A stretch of DNA of 62,911 bases, the filler included, from Octopus bimaculoides (taxonomy: Eukaryota), in the NCBI RefSeq assembly GCF_001194135.2. It is 5 parts of 5 records of this genome, joined end to end, with 100 filler letters (N's around TTAATTAATTAA, not from the genome) between each part and the next. Parts side by side here need not be neighbours in the genome. Positions count along the whole stretch, not along the records: positions 1 to 28,092 come from NC_068999.1; positions 28,193 to 35,521 come from NC_068985.1; 3 more parts are not named here. One strand, given 5' to 3'. The translations under genes were made by a program, and so were the position numbers. This document shows positions 14,427 to 28,260 of the stretch, piece after piece. A model generated the notes under the pieces. That model searched no databases. It was not told where the DNA came from and was given only the letters and a program-made list of their open reading frames with translations. The first letter of the stretch is position 1. The number at the start of each line of letters is the position of its first letter.

Positions 14427-15787
14427 ATATATATATACATATATATNNNNNNNNNNNNNNNNNNNNNNNNNNNNNNNNNNNNNNNNNNNNNNNNNNNNNN
14501 NNNNNNNNNNNNNNNNNNNNNNNNNNNNNNNNNNNNNNNNNNNNNNNNNNNNNNNNNNNNNNNNNNNNNNNNNNNNNNNNNNNNNNNNNNNNNNNNNNNN
14601 NNNNNNNNNNNNNNNNNNNNNNNNNNNNNNNNNNNNNNNNNNNNNNNNNNNNNNNNNNNNNNNNNNNNNNNNNNNNNNNNNNNNNNNNNNNNNNNNNNNN
14701 NNNNNNNNNNNNNNNNNNNNNNNNNNNNNNNNNNNNNNNNNNNNNNNNNNNNNNNNNNNNNNNNNNNNNNNNNNNNNNNNNNNNNNNNNNNNNNNNNNNN
14801 NNNNNNNNNNNNNNNNNNNNNNNNNNNNNNNNNNNNNNNNNNNNNNNNNNNNNNNNNNNNNNNNNNNNNNNNNNNNNNNNNNNNNNNNNNNNNNNNNNNN
14901 NNNNNNNNNNNNNNNNNNNNNNNNNNNNNNNNNNNNNNNNNNNNNNNNNNNNNNNNNNNNNNNNNNNNNNNNNNNNNNNNNNNNNNNNNNNNNNNNNNNN
15001 NNNNNNNNNNNNNNNNNNNNNNNNNNNNNNNNNNNNNNNNNNNNNNNNNNNNNNNNNNNNNNNNNNNNNNNNNNNNNNNNNNNNNNNNNNNNNNNNNNNN
15101 NNNNNNNNNNNNNNNNNNNNNNNNNNCACACACACACACACACTGAATCGTGCAATGTACCCAGTTACTCGATATGTCTCTAAACAAAACACAAACGGCA
15201 TACGTCAGGGTCAGCCGCCATTTTAAACAGAAACAAAATTGGAATATAATTGAAAACGAAAATACAAACGCTGTCTTTAAGAAACTATAGAATTAATTGC
15301 ACTTATTCATAACAGATCTGTCCCATTGCCAGATCGGTCTTCCAAAAGACCAGATGCGCCAAATTAGTCGCTTGCCAGTTCTTCTGTTTAAGCATCGCTA
15401 ATTTTGCATTCAGTTAATTGTCGTCCTTATATTGCAGCCGATATCGGTTGTTCGGTTTTGTTCTTTTTGAAGAACGGAATGTAAACAGAGAGATATATTG
15501 ACTTACGGATACATACACACATCAAAACGTGCTCACATAATCGTACAAACACACACACACACATGCATGCACACATACACACATGCATGTGTGTATGTGA
15601 GTGTGTGTTTGTGTGTCTGCAAACATGTGCGTGCGGGTCAACATGTGGATGTTAGTTGGAATAATTGCGTAAATATGTATATATGAATATGAATTTGTCT
15701 GTATATATATATATATGCATGTATATACATTCATATAATTGTATTTATATGAATACCTGAAGGGGTATATACATGCATACACACACA

Positions 15788-15834
<47 letters not shown>

Positions 15835-15855
15835 GTATATATATCGATATAGAAA

Positions 15856-16285
15856 CACGTGGTCTGATCAATAAGTATCAGGACTGTTGCCATAGTAACG
15901 AAGCTTAAGTATGCAGAGTAAAGCCTCTTGCCACAGATTGACCTTAAACTCTGCTGGGCATGCGCACTAAGTTTTAACGTTCTAGCTCTCTTCCGCTGTT
16001 TACAGCGGTGGTTGGAAAGATGTGTAGGGTGTGATCGTCGTGTTGAACATAACAGAAAGTTGAGCAGAGAATCTGCATCAAATTTTGCCAAAAGCTTGGC
16101 GATACCTGCTCAGAGGCTACGAAAAGTTTTCACAAGGTTTTCATCGTTCTCGACACAATCAAGGAGATCTTGTGCAACTGAAACCCGAGTGTCTTTTAGG
16201 TCAGCTGAAAGCAGTTTTGCCACAAACTTGGCAAGACACGCGTCTCATACCCATCTTGACAACATCTCAGGAAAATCACATCCTA
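15856..16285. mobile_element. Mariner relic with TIR-like left end and internal inversion
   Basis: CACGTGGTCTGATCAATAAGT end. The plus strand encodes EQRICIKFCQKLGDT, and the minus strand (16280-16130) encodes AKFVAKLLSADLKDTRVSVAQDLLDCVENDENL. Confidence 0.7.
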
Positions 16286-16519
16286 ATAAATGATGAGAGA
16301 GTAATAGTGTAAAACAACATGTAAAGCAAAGCAAAATGAGGAACCTTGGAAACTGGTGAATGACAGAATAGTGAAGAGTTATACAGAACCAGTATATGGG
16401 TAGGCATCGGGAGAAGAGTAATACGCTGTGGCTAAAGAGAGGACAGGCCTTGCGCATAGGTTTGGTGGATCAAGGATGATGCGGGGATACGCAACGATAA
16501 CAGGAGCCGGAGCAAAGAC

Positions 16520-16525
16520 AACAAA

Positions 16526-16581
<56 letters not shown>

Positions 16582-16609
16582 CGACAACATCAGCAGCAGC
16601 AGCAACAAT

Positions 16610-16649
<40 letters not shown>

Positions 16650-16707
16650 ACAGCAGCAGCAGCAACAGCAGCGGCAACAACAACAACAACCACAACAACA
16701 GCATCAA

Positions 16708-16738
<31 letters not shown>

Positions 16739-16830
16739 AGCAGCAACAACAACCACAACAACAACAACGGCAGCGCCAGGAGCAACAACAACAACAACGG
16801 CAACACCAGCAGCAACAACAACAGCAATAC
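16520..16830. repeat. Compound (GAC)n-(CAG/CAA)n array
   Basis: Directly visible. Confidence 0.95.
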
Positions 16831-17289
16831 TATGCCTTTTGTGTCCTGGACTCATTCGTTTTTCTCTTAGGCTGTGTTCTGATCTATAGAATTATGGATT
16901 CGGTACAGTTGCTTTACATTCACAGCGTGGAACTACGACGGTTATCAAAGCTTTTGGTCATGAATAGTTTCATACATAATTGTAGGTGTAGCATGGCCGG
17001 ATGGTTAAGAAAATATGCTAAAAGACTCAAAGCGAACGAGACCTAATTATGATAATGTTTGCAGACGCATGGCATGGCTAAAAATGGTTCTGATTTTTAT
17101 CTTTACCTTTAACTGTTCCGCTAATCCACTGCTTCCGTTTGGCACTAATTTTTATCGACTGGAACAAATAAAAGTCAAAGGTGATCTGGAATGGATTCGA
17201 ACTCAGAGAGCAGTGACCCGGAACAGATACTGCTAAGTACTCCAGAAAATGGTTTAACTCTGTCAGCTCACCACTTTCTAAAGTCTGTC

Positions 17290-17600
17290 TATCGTGAATA
17301 TTGTCGCGCCTCCTTCCTTTAAACGGGAAGGAAGAGCTATTTTCATCGTACTTGTGGCTATGGCGAAAGAATGTGTATGGTGGACGCGTCTGAAAGGTCT
17401 AGAGACAAAGACTTTCCTCTCTGGGCAATCTCTCATCAACTTCTTCAAGTATCACCTGAAGAGGAAGTTGAGAGTAGAAAGGGAAGTCTTGTCTAGTGAA
17501 TGCTTCAAAAAAAGATGGGTGAATGTAGCAAGGATGGCACGTGTGAACGACGGAGCCATCTTGAGCATAACCCTATGAACAAGAAAAAAAAAAATAAAAC
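17290..17600 (+). mobile_element. L1/Tx1-like LINE ORF2 C-terminus and A-rich tail
   Basis: AMAKECVWWTRLK...LINFFKYHLKRKLRVE...FKKRW, then a stop and an A-rich tract. Confidence 0.65.
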
Positions 17601-17862
17601 AAAAAGGCAAAAGAGAGTCACTTACTGTTATAGTTTCTTCAATGAGAATATTGACCAAGGTTACCGTGGTCTTTTCCGTGGGCNNNNNNNNNNNNNNNNN
17701 NNNNNNNNNNNNNNNNNNNNNNNNNNNNNNNNNNNNNNNNNNNNNNNNNNNNNNNNNNNNNNNNNNNNNNNNNNNNNNNNNNNNNNNNNNNNNNNNNNNN
17801 NNNNNNNNTACATTGTATTTGTCCCATCTTCGTTGAGCCCTGTGTGGCTAATAAAAGAAATG

Positions 17863-17898
<36 letters not shown>

Positions 17899-17935
17899 CA
17901 TCTACCTATCTATCTATCTATCTATCTATCTATCC

Positions 17936-17990
<55 letters not shown>

Positions 17991-18389
17991 CATCCATCTA
18001 TCTATCTATATATGTCACTGGCGATTCTGGTACTCGGGCTGTTCGGGCTTAGCCGGAGTATAAATTTAGCAAAGTGGACGTGTATTTGCAAGCTGATTTA
18101 ATTGCTGCCAACACTGACTTCAACTATATAATCGCAGCCAATAACTCCGGCTCTTTTTATTAAGCCGGTTCGCAGTTCATTTATTTTCGTTCAGCGTTTG
18201 GCGGTCGTCTTAGAGATACCCTGTGTCAGAAAATATCATTCGTAGCAGACGTTCTCCTGACATCATTCACATGCTCCTGACTCGGGCTCAGCAGTTACAG
18301 CCCGAGTTGTTATTTATAATCGTAAAAATTAAAAGTAATTAAATTCAATGTTTTCTTGAAACATTAAATTTCTATAGAGATTAGGATTT

Positions 18390-19222
18390 AAATCGCCATC
18401 ATATCCCTCACTCCTTTACCTGCACTTCTAGCAACGGCATTTACTGCATCTCCTGCTTTTTCTGTCCTTCTCTGTACATCTGTCAAACGGGATGCCGCTT
18501 CGCTGACCGGTTTGCGGAGCATCTCCGAGATATTAGACTCGGCAGTGACATCCCGGTCTCGCGCCGCTTCCGGTCTACCGGTCATTCATAACAACACCTG
18601 TCTGTGTTCAGATTGTCTTTGCACAGGGGCCATCTGGACTCCCGCCTTCGCCGTGAACAGGGATTAATCTTCTCACTTCGCTCCTTTGCCCCTAATGGGC
18701 TCAACTCTCATCCCCTCTTCACCTGACTCCCCTCCTCTCCTCTTCATCTGACACCTAATTCCTCTCTTCACTCCTACCCACCTTCTCTCTTCATTGTTAC
18801 CCCTTCCATCCACTCCACCCAACATTCTCACCCAAAACCCCCACCACCACCCTCACATCCCCACACCAACACCACACCACACTACACAACCACCACCACA
18901 CCACCTATCCACACGCATACACACACACTCTCATACGCACGCGCACCTTCGTTTTGGGATCACCGGTACTTCATTATCTCCCCTTCTTCCTAGCTGTCCT
19001 GTCTAACTACCTTTGTCCAACCAGACGCCATGATTGACCGCTAACTCCACAAGTTGTTTTATTCTCTCTCTGTTTATTTCCCCGTGTTCCTTTCTGTTGA
19101 CGAGCGTAGACTCGAAACGTAAAAGACTTCCTCACTTTCTCGAGCATCAAACTAATACACCTGCTTGTTGTTTATACACCTGTCTTCGTTTTTCTTTTGT
19201 TTTTCTGTAAATTTCAAATACA
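18390..19222 (+). mobile_element. Penelope-like element 3' part: GIY-YIG endonuclease relic plus terminal repeat
   Basis: Plus-strand frame at about 18435-18720 reads IYCISCFFCPSLYICQTGCRFADRFAEHLRDIRLGSDIPVSRRFRSTGHS*QHLSVFRLSLHRGHLDSRLRREQGLIFSLRSFAPNGLN (GIY-YIG pattern). It is followed by a pyrimidine/CA-rich terminal repeat. Confidence 0.85.
19090..19126 (+). ncRNA. Variant hammerhead-like motif in a Penelope terminal repeat
   Basis: CTTT(CTG)-TTGACGA-GCGTAGACTC-GAAA-CG-TA^AAAG. It has a U3 core variant, a weak stem II and an ACGT palindrome as stem III, and lies downstream of a GIY-YIG ORF. Confidence 0.4.
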
Positions 19223-19498
19223 TGCGTATGTATGTATGTGTGTGCATACGTCTGTGTGTCTGTGTTTGTCCCCCCCCCAACATCTCTTGATAACCGATGC
19301 TGGTGTGTTTACATCCCCGTAACTTAGCAGTTCGGTAAAAGAGACCGATAGGATAAGTACTATGTTTAGAAGGAATAAGACCTGGGGTCGATTTGCTCGA
19401 CTAAAGGCGGTGCTCCAGCATGGCTGCAGTCAAATAACTCAAACAAGTAAAAGAATGAAAGAATAAAAGAATACACACATGCATACATACGTGCATAC

Positions 19499-19571
<73 letters not shown>

Positions 19572-19818
19572 AATGCGTGTATGTATAGATATATGTATAT
19601 ATTATATGTATGTATATATTCAAACATACATGCACATGCACGTACATGCGCATATAAGTATATACATTCATTTTCAATAGTCCATACGTCCATGGAATCC
19701 ATTCTCTCTCCCCTTCCTCTCTCTTCTCCTCTCTCTCTGTAAGTATTACTATATTTTATAGACAATAACAATAACAACTACATTGTTATTAAATCATCAC
19801 CATCCACACTATGGCTTA

Positions 19819-19819
<1 letters not shown>

Positions 19820-19862
<43 letters not shown>

Positions 19863-19981
19863 GTCCTTCGATTGGACCACTATCCGTCTCTCCTGTGGCA
19901 ATAAAATAAATTATTACTTGTTTATTTATTATATATAGTATTTTTTTATTTTTTAATTTGATTATTCTCATTATTATTATT

Positions 19982-20047
<66 letters not shown>

Positions 20048-20824
20048 TTCATTTGTAATCTTATTCTTGTTGTTTCCCTCCGAAACTCCTCCGCTTTCTA
20101 AAAACACGCTGCCGCCATCTTTTTATTTTTTTATTTTTTTATTTTCTTTCATCAAACCACTCATTCTCTCATTCATTCCATTTCATTCATTTTCATTGAT
20201 TCTTTCTCATTTATTCATCATTCATTCTCCATACGAAATCAGATTTTATTTGATTCCTGAAGCCTGTCTTTAAACAAAACAAAACCCCAAAAAACAAAAA
20301 AAAAGAACAGAATAAAAGAAGCAGAAAATAAACGACTAAAATAAATACAAAAACGCCATGTTATTTTTGTGTGTATGAAGATAGCCTTTTTACAGAAGGA
20401 GGATAACATCTTTGTGCTCATTGTTCCGTCCACAAAAGAAAACCGTCTAAAGTACAACAGCGAAATCATCTCGCACATTTGTCGCTTTTTATTAAACAGC
20501 TGTATGAGTTTCTTTCAGTGCAGCGCCAACACCAATAATACCACCACCGCCAACATCACCAACAACAACAACAACACCAGCAACAATATCATCATCATCA
20601 TCATCATCGTAATCATCATCGTCGTCGTCATCATCATCATCATCAGCAGCAGCAGCAGTAACCGCGATAGAGGAAGAAGAAGAAAAAGTTTGCCTTCTTA
20701 ATTGTGTAATTTTCTCTCTTTTCTCTCGTAAGGTATCTTATCAACGTTCCTTTCGTTTGTTGCTGTTGTTTTTGTTGGTGGTGGTGGTGGTATTGATGGA
20801 GTTCGTATTGCTGTTGCTGCTATT

Positions 20825-20858
<34 letters not shown>

Positions 20859-21732
20859 AAGAAGAAGAGGTTCTAGTTCTTGCTTTCCCTCTTTGACTTC
20901 TGTCCTCCTCTTCATTTACTTCCTCCTCCTCCCCCTCCTCCATCCTCCTCCGCCTCCTGCTCCTGNNNNNNNNNNNNNNNNNNNNNNNNNNNNNNNNNNN
21001 NNNNNNNNNNNNNNNNNNNNNNNNNNNNNNNNNNNNNNNNNNNNNNNNNNNNNNNNNNNNNNNNNNNNNNNNNNNNNNNNNNNNNNNNNNNNNNNNNNNN
21101 NNNNNNNNNNNNNNNNNNNNNNNNNNNNNNNNNNNNNNNNNNNNNNNNNNNNNNNNNNNNNNNNNNNNNNNNNNNNNNNNNNNNNNNNNNNNNNNNNNNN
21201 NNNNNNNNNNNNNNNNNNNNNNNNNNNNNNNNNNNNNNNNNNNNNNNNNNNNNNNNNNNNNNNNNNNNNNNNNNNNNNNNNNNNNNNNNNNNNNNNNNNN
21301 NNNNNNNNNNNNNNNNNNNNNNNNNNNNNNNNNNNNNNNNNNNNNNNNNNNNNNNNNNNNNNNNNNNNNNNNNNNNNNNNNNNNNNNNNNNNNNNNNNNN
21401 NNNNNNNNNNNNNNNNNNNNNNNNNNNNNNNNNNNNNNNNNNNNNNNNNNNNNNNNNNNNNNNNNNNNNNNNNNNNNNNNNNNNNNNNNNNNNNNNNNNN
21501 NNNNNNNNNNNNNNNNNNNNNNNNNNNNNNNNNNNNNNNNNNNNNNNNNNNNNNNNNNNNNNNNNNNNNNNNNNNNNNNNNNNNNNNNNNNNNNNNNNNN
21601 NNNNNNNNNNNNNNNNNNNNNNNNNNNNNNNNNNNNNNNNNNNNNNNNNNNNNNNNNNNNNNNNNNNNNNNNNNNNNNNNNNNNNNNNNNNTCTTCTTCT
21701 TCTTCTTCTTCTTCTTCTTCTTCTTCTTCTTC

Positions 21733-21764
<32 letters not shown>

Positions 21765-21813
21765 CATAGTCATCATCGTCGTCGTCGTTGTTCTTTTCGC
21801 TTTGCGATTTTCT

Positions 21814-21855
<42 letters not shown>

Positions 21856-22216
21856 TTACTCGCGCAGTTCTTCATGTCATAGCCGCCGCTGTTGCTGCTG
21901 TTGCTGCTGCTGCTGGTATTACTTCAGATGTAACGCTGTTGTTGTTGTTGTAACTCCTGCTGTTGTTACTATTACTGTTACTGTGGTGGCTATTGATAAT
22001 GCTTGCATTCTCAATTATGCATTATTGTCCTTACCTCTGTAGTAGTAGTAGTAGTAGTAGTAGTAGTACTAGTAACGGTGGTGGTGGTAGTCGTAGTAGT
22101 ATTTCAAGGGTACCATTGTTGGTTGTAGTAGTAGTAGTATAGTAGTGGTGGTGGTAGTGGTAGTGATGGTGGTGGTGGTGGTGGTAGTAGTAGCAAGGGT
22201 ACTGTTGTTGTTGGTT

Positions 22217-22283
<67 letters not shown>

Positions 22284-22374
22284 TGTTATTGTTGTTGTTG
22301 ATGTTGTTACTAATATTTGTTGTCGTGGTTGCTGCTTCATCTGCCGAAGCTATTGCTGCTACTGCTGATGTAGA

Positions 22375-22437
<63 letters not shown>

Positions 22438-22484
22438 CATTATTATCATTATTATTATTATTATCATTATTATCATTATTATTA

Positions 22485-22546
<62 letters not shown>

Positions 22547-23089
22547 ATTATTATTATTATTATTCTCTTTCATCGCGATTGTTTATGATAATGTTACATT
22601 CCTAATTACGTCGCGTTGTTATGGCCTATGTTATTGTTGTTGTGCTTGTTAATATCCTTTTCGTTGCTGTAGTTTAACCTCCGATCAAGCCGACCGGTGT
22701 TCAAAAAGCATTCCACCCGTGATCATCTCCCCTTCGGCAAAGAAGAATCCAAGTTGTCCTTTCATAAGATGGTCACATGATGATGATGACGATGATGATG
22801 ATGGTGGTGAAGATTCTAAGAAGATTTGGTTGCCATTTCTAGCAATTAGTATAACGCCCTTACGGATGTTTCGTCATCTTCTTAATGAGACGCTTATAAT
22901 GTGCTCGTTGTCGATGTTCCTGTTGTTGCTACGACTGATGATGACGACGATGATGATGATGATGTTGATGAAGATGATGACGATAGTGGTTATGGTGATT
23001 ACGATGATCATGATGATAATGTTGATTATGATGTTGTTGGTGGCGGTGGTAGTGGTGGTAGTGGTAATTATAATGATAATGATGGTGGC

Positions 23090-23133
<44 letters not shown>

Positions 23134-23230
23134 TGTTACTGCTGCTGCTGATGGTGATGGTTATGATGCTGATGATGTCCCTTGTGGCTAAGATATCCAT
23201 CATGCTGTTCTGGTCGCTGCTGCTCGTTTA
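19820..23230. repeat. Second field of compound trinucleotide microsatellites: (TTA)n, (TAG)n, (CTT)n, (GAT)n, (GGT)n
   Basis: Directly visible. Confidence 0.95.
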
Positions 23231-23339
23231 ATGAAGTCCTGCTGCTGATGTTGTTGTTCTGGTTGCTGTTGTTGCCATTAGCAACCATCACTGTGATTTT
23301 GACTTTTTCAGATACAATTGGTCTTTAGCTCGAGCTAAA

Positions 23340-23900
23340 CAACAATTGTATCCCATATTTTTTTTTACTTTTTATGTCTGCACATACACACAAACACACA
23401 CACAAACACTCTCTCACACACACACACACACACAGAGGCAAGCACAGACAAGCACACACAAGCACACACACACATAAACATACATAAGCACACAAATACA
23501 CAATGTCACCATATATATATATATATATATATACATACACACACACACAGAGACACAAGCATACACACACACACAAACGTATATAAGCACACAAACACAC
23601 AACGTCCCCATATATATATATACACACACACTCACGCACACACATGCACGCACACACATGCACGCACACACATGCACGCACACACATACAAGTGCACACA
23701 AGCACACACACACACACACACACACACACTCGTATACACACACAGACAAGCACACACACACATAAACATATATAAGTACACAAACACACAACGTCCCCAT
23801 ATATATACATACACACACTCGCACACACACACACGCACGCACACACATACAACCGCACACAAGTACACACAACGCCCCATATACATACACACACACACAC
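23340..23900. repeat. Higher-order minisatellite built from (CA)n/(TA)n blocks
   Basis: The anchor ACAACGTCCCCATATA recurs at about 23501, 23601, 23790 and 23871. Confidence 0.75.
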
Positions 23901-25857
23901 ACATACCCGCTTATATTCATCAACGTGTAGCCATATGACACCTTAGTTTTTAATTGCATTTTGTTTCCCTGCCATTTGTTTATTTATTTGTCCATTTACC
24001 TCTCAAGAACATTGCTATACAATAACCCCTTCTACTACTGGCACAAGGTCCGAAATTTTTGGGGTGGGGGATAATCGAATATATCGATCCCAATGTTCGA
24101 TTCATTTGTACTATTTTAATCGATTCCGAACGAATGAAAGGTGGAGTCGATTTCAGTGGCGTTTGAAATCAAAGCGTTTTATCCGGCGCTGTAACGATTC
24201 TACCGGTNNNNNNNNNNNNNNNNNNNNNNNNNNNNNNNNNNNNNNNNNNNNNNNNNNNNNNNNNNNNNNNNNNNNNNNNNNNNNNNNNNNNNNNNNNNNN
24301 NNNNNNNNNNNNNNNNNNNNNNNNNNNNNNNNNNNNNNNNNNNNNNNNNNNNNNNNNNNNNNNNNNNNNNNNNNNNNNNNNNNNNNNNNNNNNNNNNNNN
24401 NNNNNNNNNNNNNNNNNNNNNNNNNNNNNNNNNNNNNNNNNNNNNNNNNNNNNNNNNNNNNNNNNNNNNNNNNNNNNNNNNNNNNNNNNNNNNNNNNNNN
24501 NNNNNNNNNNNNNNNNNNNNNNNNNNNNNNNNNNNNNNNNNNNNNNNNNNNNNNNNNNNNNNNNNNNNNNNNNNNNNNNNNNNNNNNNNNNNNNNNNNNN
24601 NNNNNNNNNNNNNNNNNNNNNNNNNNNNNNNNNNNNNNNNNNNNNNNNNNNNNNNNNNNNNNNNNNNNNNNNNNNNNNNNNNNNNNNNNNNNNNNNNNNN
24701 NNNNNNNNNNNNNNNNNNNNNNNNNNNNNNNNNNNNNNNNNNNNNNNNNNNNNNNNNNNNNNNNNNNNNNNNNNNNNNNNNNNNNNNNNNNNNNNNNNNN
24801 NNNNNNNNNNNNNNNNNNNNNNNNNNNNNNNNNNNNNNNNNNNNNNNNNNNNNNNNNNNNNNNNNNNNNNNNNNNNNNNNNNNNNNNNNNNNNNNNNNNN
24901 NNNNNNNNNNNNNNNNNNNNNNNNNNNNNNNNNNNNNNNNNNNNNNNNNNNNNNNNNNNNNNNNNNNNNNNNNNNNNNNNNNNNNNNNNNNNNNNNNNNN
25001 NNNNNNNNNNNNNNNNNNNNNNNNNNATATATATATATATATATATAAACTGATGTGTGGAATGGAAGACAAAGAATTAAAAATTCGACATAAGAATTAA
25101 AAACAAAATGGATGACTAATTGACTATATGCAAACGAAAAAATATTTAAAAAAAAAAAAAGCTAAGGAGAGAATAAAGCGAAACGGTGAAAAACAATTTA
25201 TTTTTGACAAATAATTGTTAAACAATTGAGACAAATGTTTCAAGCGTTTTTAACCGAATGTTTGATATTCACTGAGTGAAAAAAACAAGCTAGTTAAGTT
25301 GTTACTGTCAGTTTGAAATGGAAAAAATTGTAGCCCGGAATATCCTTTCATATTTTCATATTTGTTTCTAACTCTTCCTTTCTATTGGTTCAGAACAAAG
25401 AAAACAGAAAGAATGTTTTATCGAAGAAGAGAAAAAATATAGTCGTTTGAAATGACAGCATATTACTGGTTGTTGTCAATAACAGTGTATGGTTATTCCA
25501 GCCGATGTGTAATAGGTACTAAACAGGATTCTACGAGTGGTTAGATATAATAGCGAACGCATCCTCAAATAACACTATTCAATTTACAATAGACACGGGC
25601 CCTGCTGTTTAGTTAAGAAGGTGGCTTTGCAGCCTTAGCGTTTCGTTTTCAGTTCCAATTCGCGGCACCTTGGGCAAGTGTCTTTTACTATAGCTCCGGG
25701 CCGATCAATGAGCGAGTTAAGTAGCATATAGGAGTCAACTTTGATGGTCATTCCTATTAATTGTGTATGTAATATAATTTTAATCTTCGGATTTTTTTAA
25801 ATATGCTAGGCCACTGGTTTTAATTGATAAATATCAATTTCTACCCTAATTATTAAA

Positions 25858-26364
<507 letters not shown>

Positions 26365-28092
26365 TATCCGCTGCATCGGAAATCTGCGATGGCTCCATGA
26401 CTACCGTCTTAGCTATAACCTTGGATCCCCAGTAATCCGTTACAGTACTTACCTAGCGTTTAGATCACCTTTGAACTAAGCCGCCATACTTTATATATAT
26501 ATATTTATGTTTATGTATATAAAGAGAGAGAGAAAGAGAAGTAAAGGAAAAATATAGTGACCTAACATAAGCGGTACAGAGTGAAAGAAGAAGAATCATA
26601 TAGACAAAGAAACAGAGGAGGAGAAGGGGAGGAAACAAATGAAAAAATAGCCATGGGAGGAGTTATACAGATGAGAAATTGTTTTTATTTTATTCTATTT
26701 TATTTAAAAACCATAAATATTTATTCGTTTAAAAAAGAATACAATAGCATTTATTCAATCATTTTATATAAGTACTAAGAAATATGATAAAAGTTAAATT
26801 GTATGCCACAATTCCAGATGCTAACCGTGGTGACAAAGTATACTTGCAAACTTCCCTGTCATAGGTCGGGTAATGTTCTAGTATATATATNNNNNNNNNN
26901 NNNNNNNNNNNNNNNNNNNNNNNNNNNNNNNNNNNNNNNNNNNNNNNNNNNNNNNNNNNNNNNNNNNNNNNNNNNNNNNNNNNNNNNNNNNNNNNNNNNN
27001 NNNNNNNNNNNNNNNNNNNNNNNNNNNNNNNNNNNNNNNNNNNNNNNNNNNNNNNNNNNNNNNNNNNNNNNNNNNNNNNNNNNNNNNNNNNNNNNNNNNN
27101 NNNNNNNNNNNNNNNNNNNNNNNNNNNNNNNNNNNNNNNNNNNNNNNNNNNNNNNNNNNNNNNNNNNNNNNNNNNNNNNNNNNNNNNNNNNNNNNNNNNN
27201 NNNNNNNNNNNNNNNNNNNNNNNNNNNNNNNNNNNNNNNNNNNNNNNNNNNNNNNNNNNNNNNNNNNNNNNNNNNNNNNNNNNNNNNNNNNNNNNNNNNN
27301 NNNNNNNNNNNNNNNNNNNNNNNNNNNNNNNNNNNNNNNNNNNNNNNNNNNNNNNNNNNNNNNNNNNNNNNNNNNNNNNNNTATATATATATATATATTG
27401 CTGGTAGAATGTTGAATTGGGTGAATCGCTAAAGTATCGGAAAAAAATGTCTTGCAGTGTTTTTTCCGATACTTTATATTCTGAGTTCAAATCTCAGCAA
27501 AGTCAACACTGTCTTTCAACTTTCCGCAATCGCTAAAAGAAAGTGCCAGCCAAGTACTGTGAACGATGGTTACAAATATACCCCTCCCCTCAAATTTGCT
27601 CGGTTTATGCCTTATATCTAAATCGGAAACAATGAACTATATTAATTGCTAGTCCAGTATATAGCAGAGCTATAAATTTTGGCTTCTGAGCTAGCAGTTC
27701 CGTGTTCAATACTTGAGGTGGCATAATGTATACAGACATACGACAGGGATTTCGATGTTCAGACGTAAGTATGAAAATAGTTTCCATTACAGAGAAATAT
27801 AGAGGAAGACGAAGAAAAAAAAAGAAACGATGGTGATATCTATGTATCAATTTATCGATCTATCGATCTCTTCAATTATCTCTCTGTCTCTGTGTCCCAG
27901 TGTCTGTGTGAGGTTTAGAACAATGTATTGTTTAGAACAATCATTTCTGCTTTTATGTTTTTATGTAGAAATGTATTTAGTATGTGTGTGTGAGTGAGAA
28001 AGAGAGAGAGAGAGAGAAAGAAAGACTCACACGCGCACACATATATTCATAATATATATATATACATAGAAATATATATATATATATATATA

Positions 28093-28192
28093 NNNNNNNN
28101 NNNNNNNNNNNNNNNNNNNNNNNNNNNNNNNNNNNNTTAATTAATTAANNNNNNNNNNNNNNNNNNNNNNNNNNNNNNNNNNNNNNNNNNNN
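28093..28192. other. Artificial 100-nt assembly linker N44-TTAATTAATTAA-N44; also at 35522-35621, 51525-51624, 61414-61513
   Basis: Identical 44+12+44 geometry four times; the 12-mer places stop codons in all six frames. Confidence 0.95.

Positions 28193-28260
<68 letters not shown>

Noticed and set aside
16520-16830. Possible polyglutamine-coding exon
   Set aside because: The Gln frame contains TAA, and there are no flanking splice sites or unique coding sequence.
121-23959. Many long ORFs of poly-N/I/Y/L/T/V/H-T/C-V
   Set aside because: They are translations of di-, tri- and tetranucleotide microsatellites with no splice or homology support.
28137-28148. Isolated TTAATTAATTAA palindromes (PacI-like) as a biological motif
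   Set aside because: Always centred in exactly 44+44 Ns: a synthetic six-frame-stop linker.
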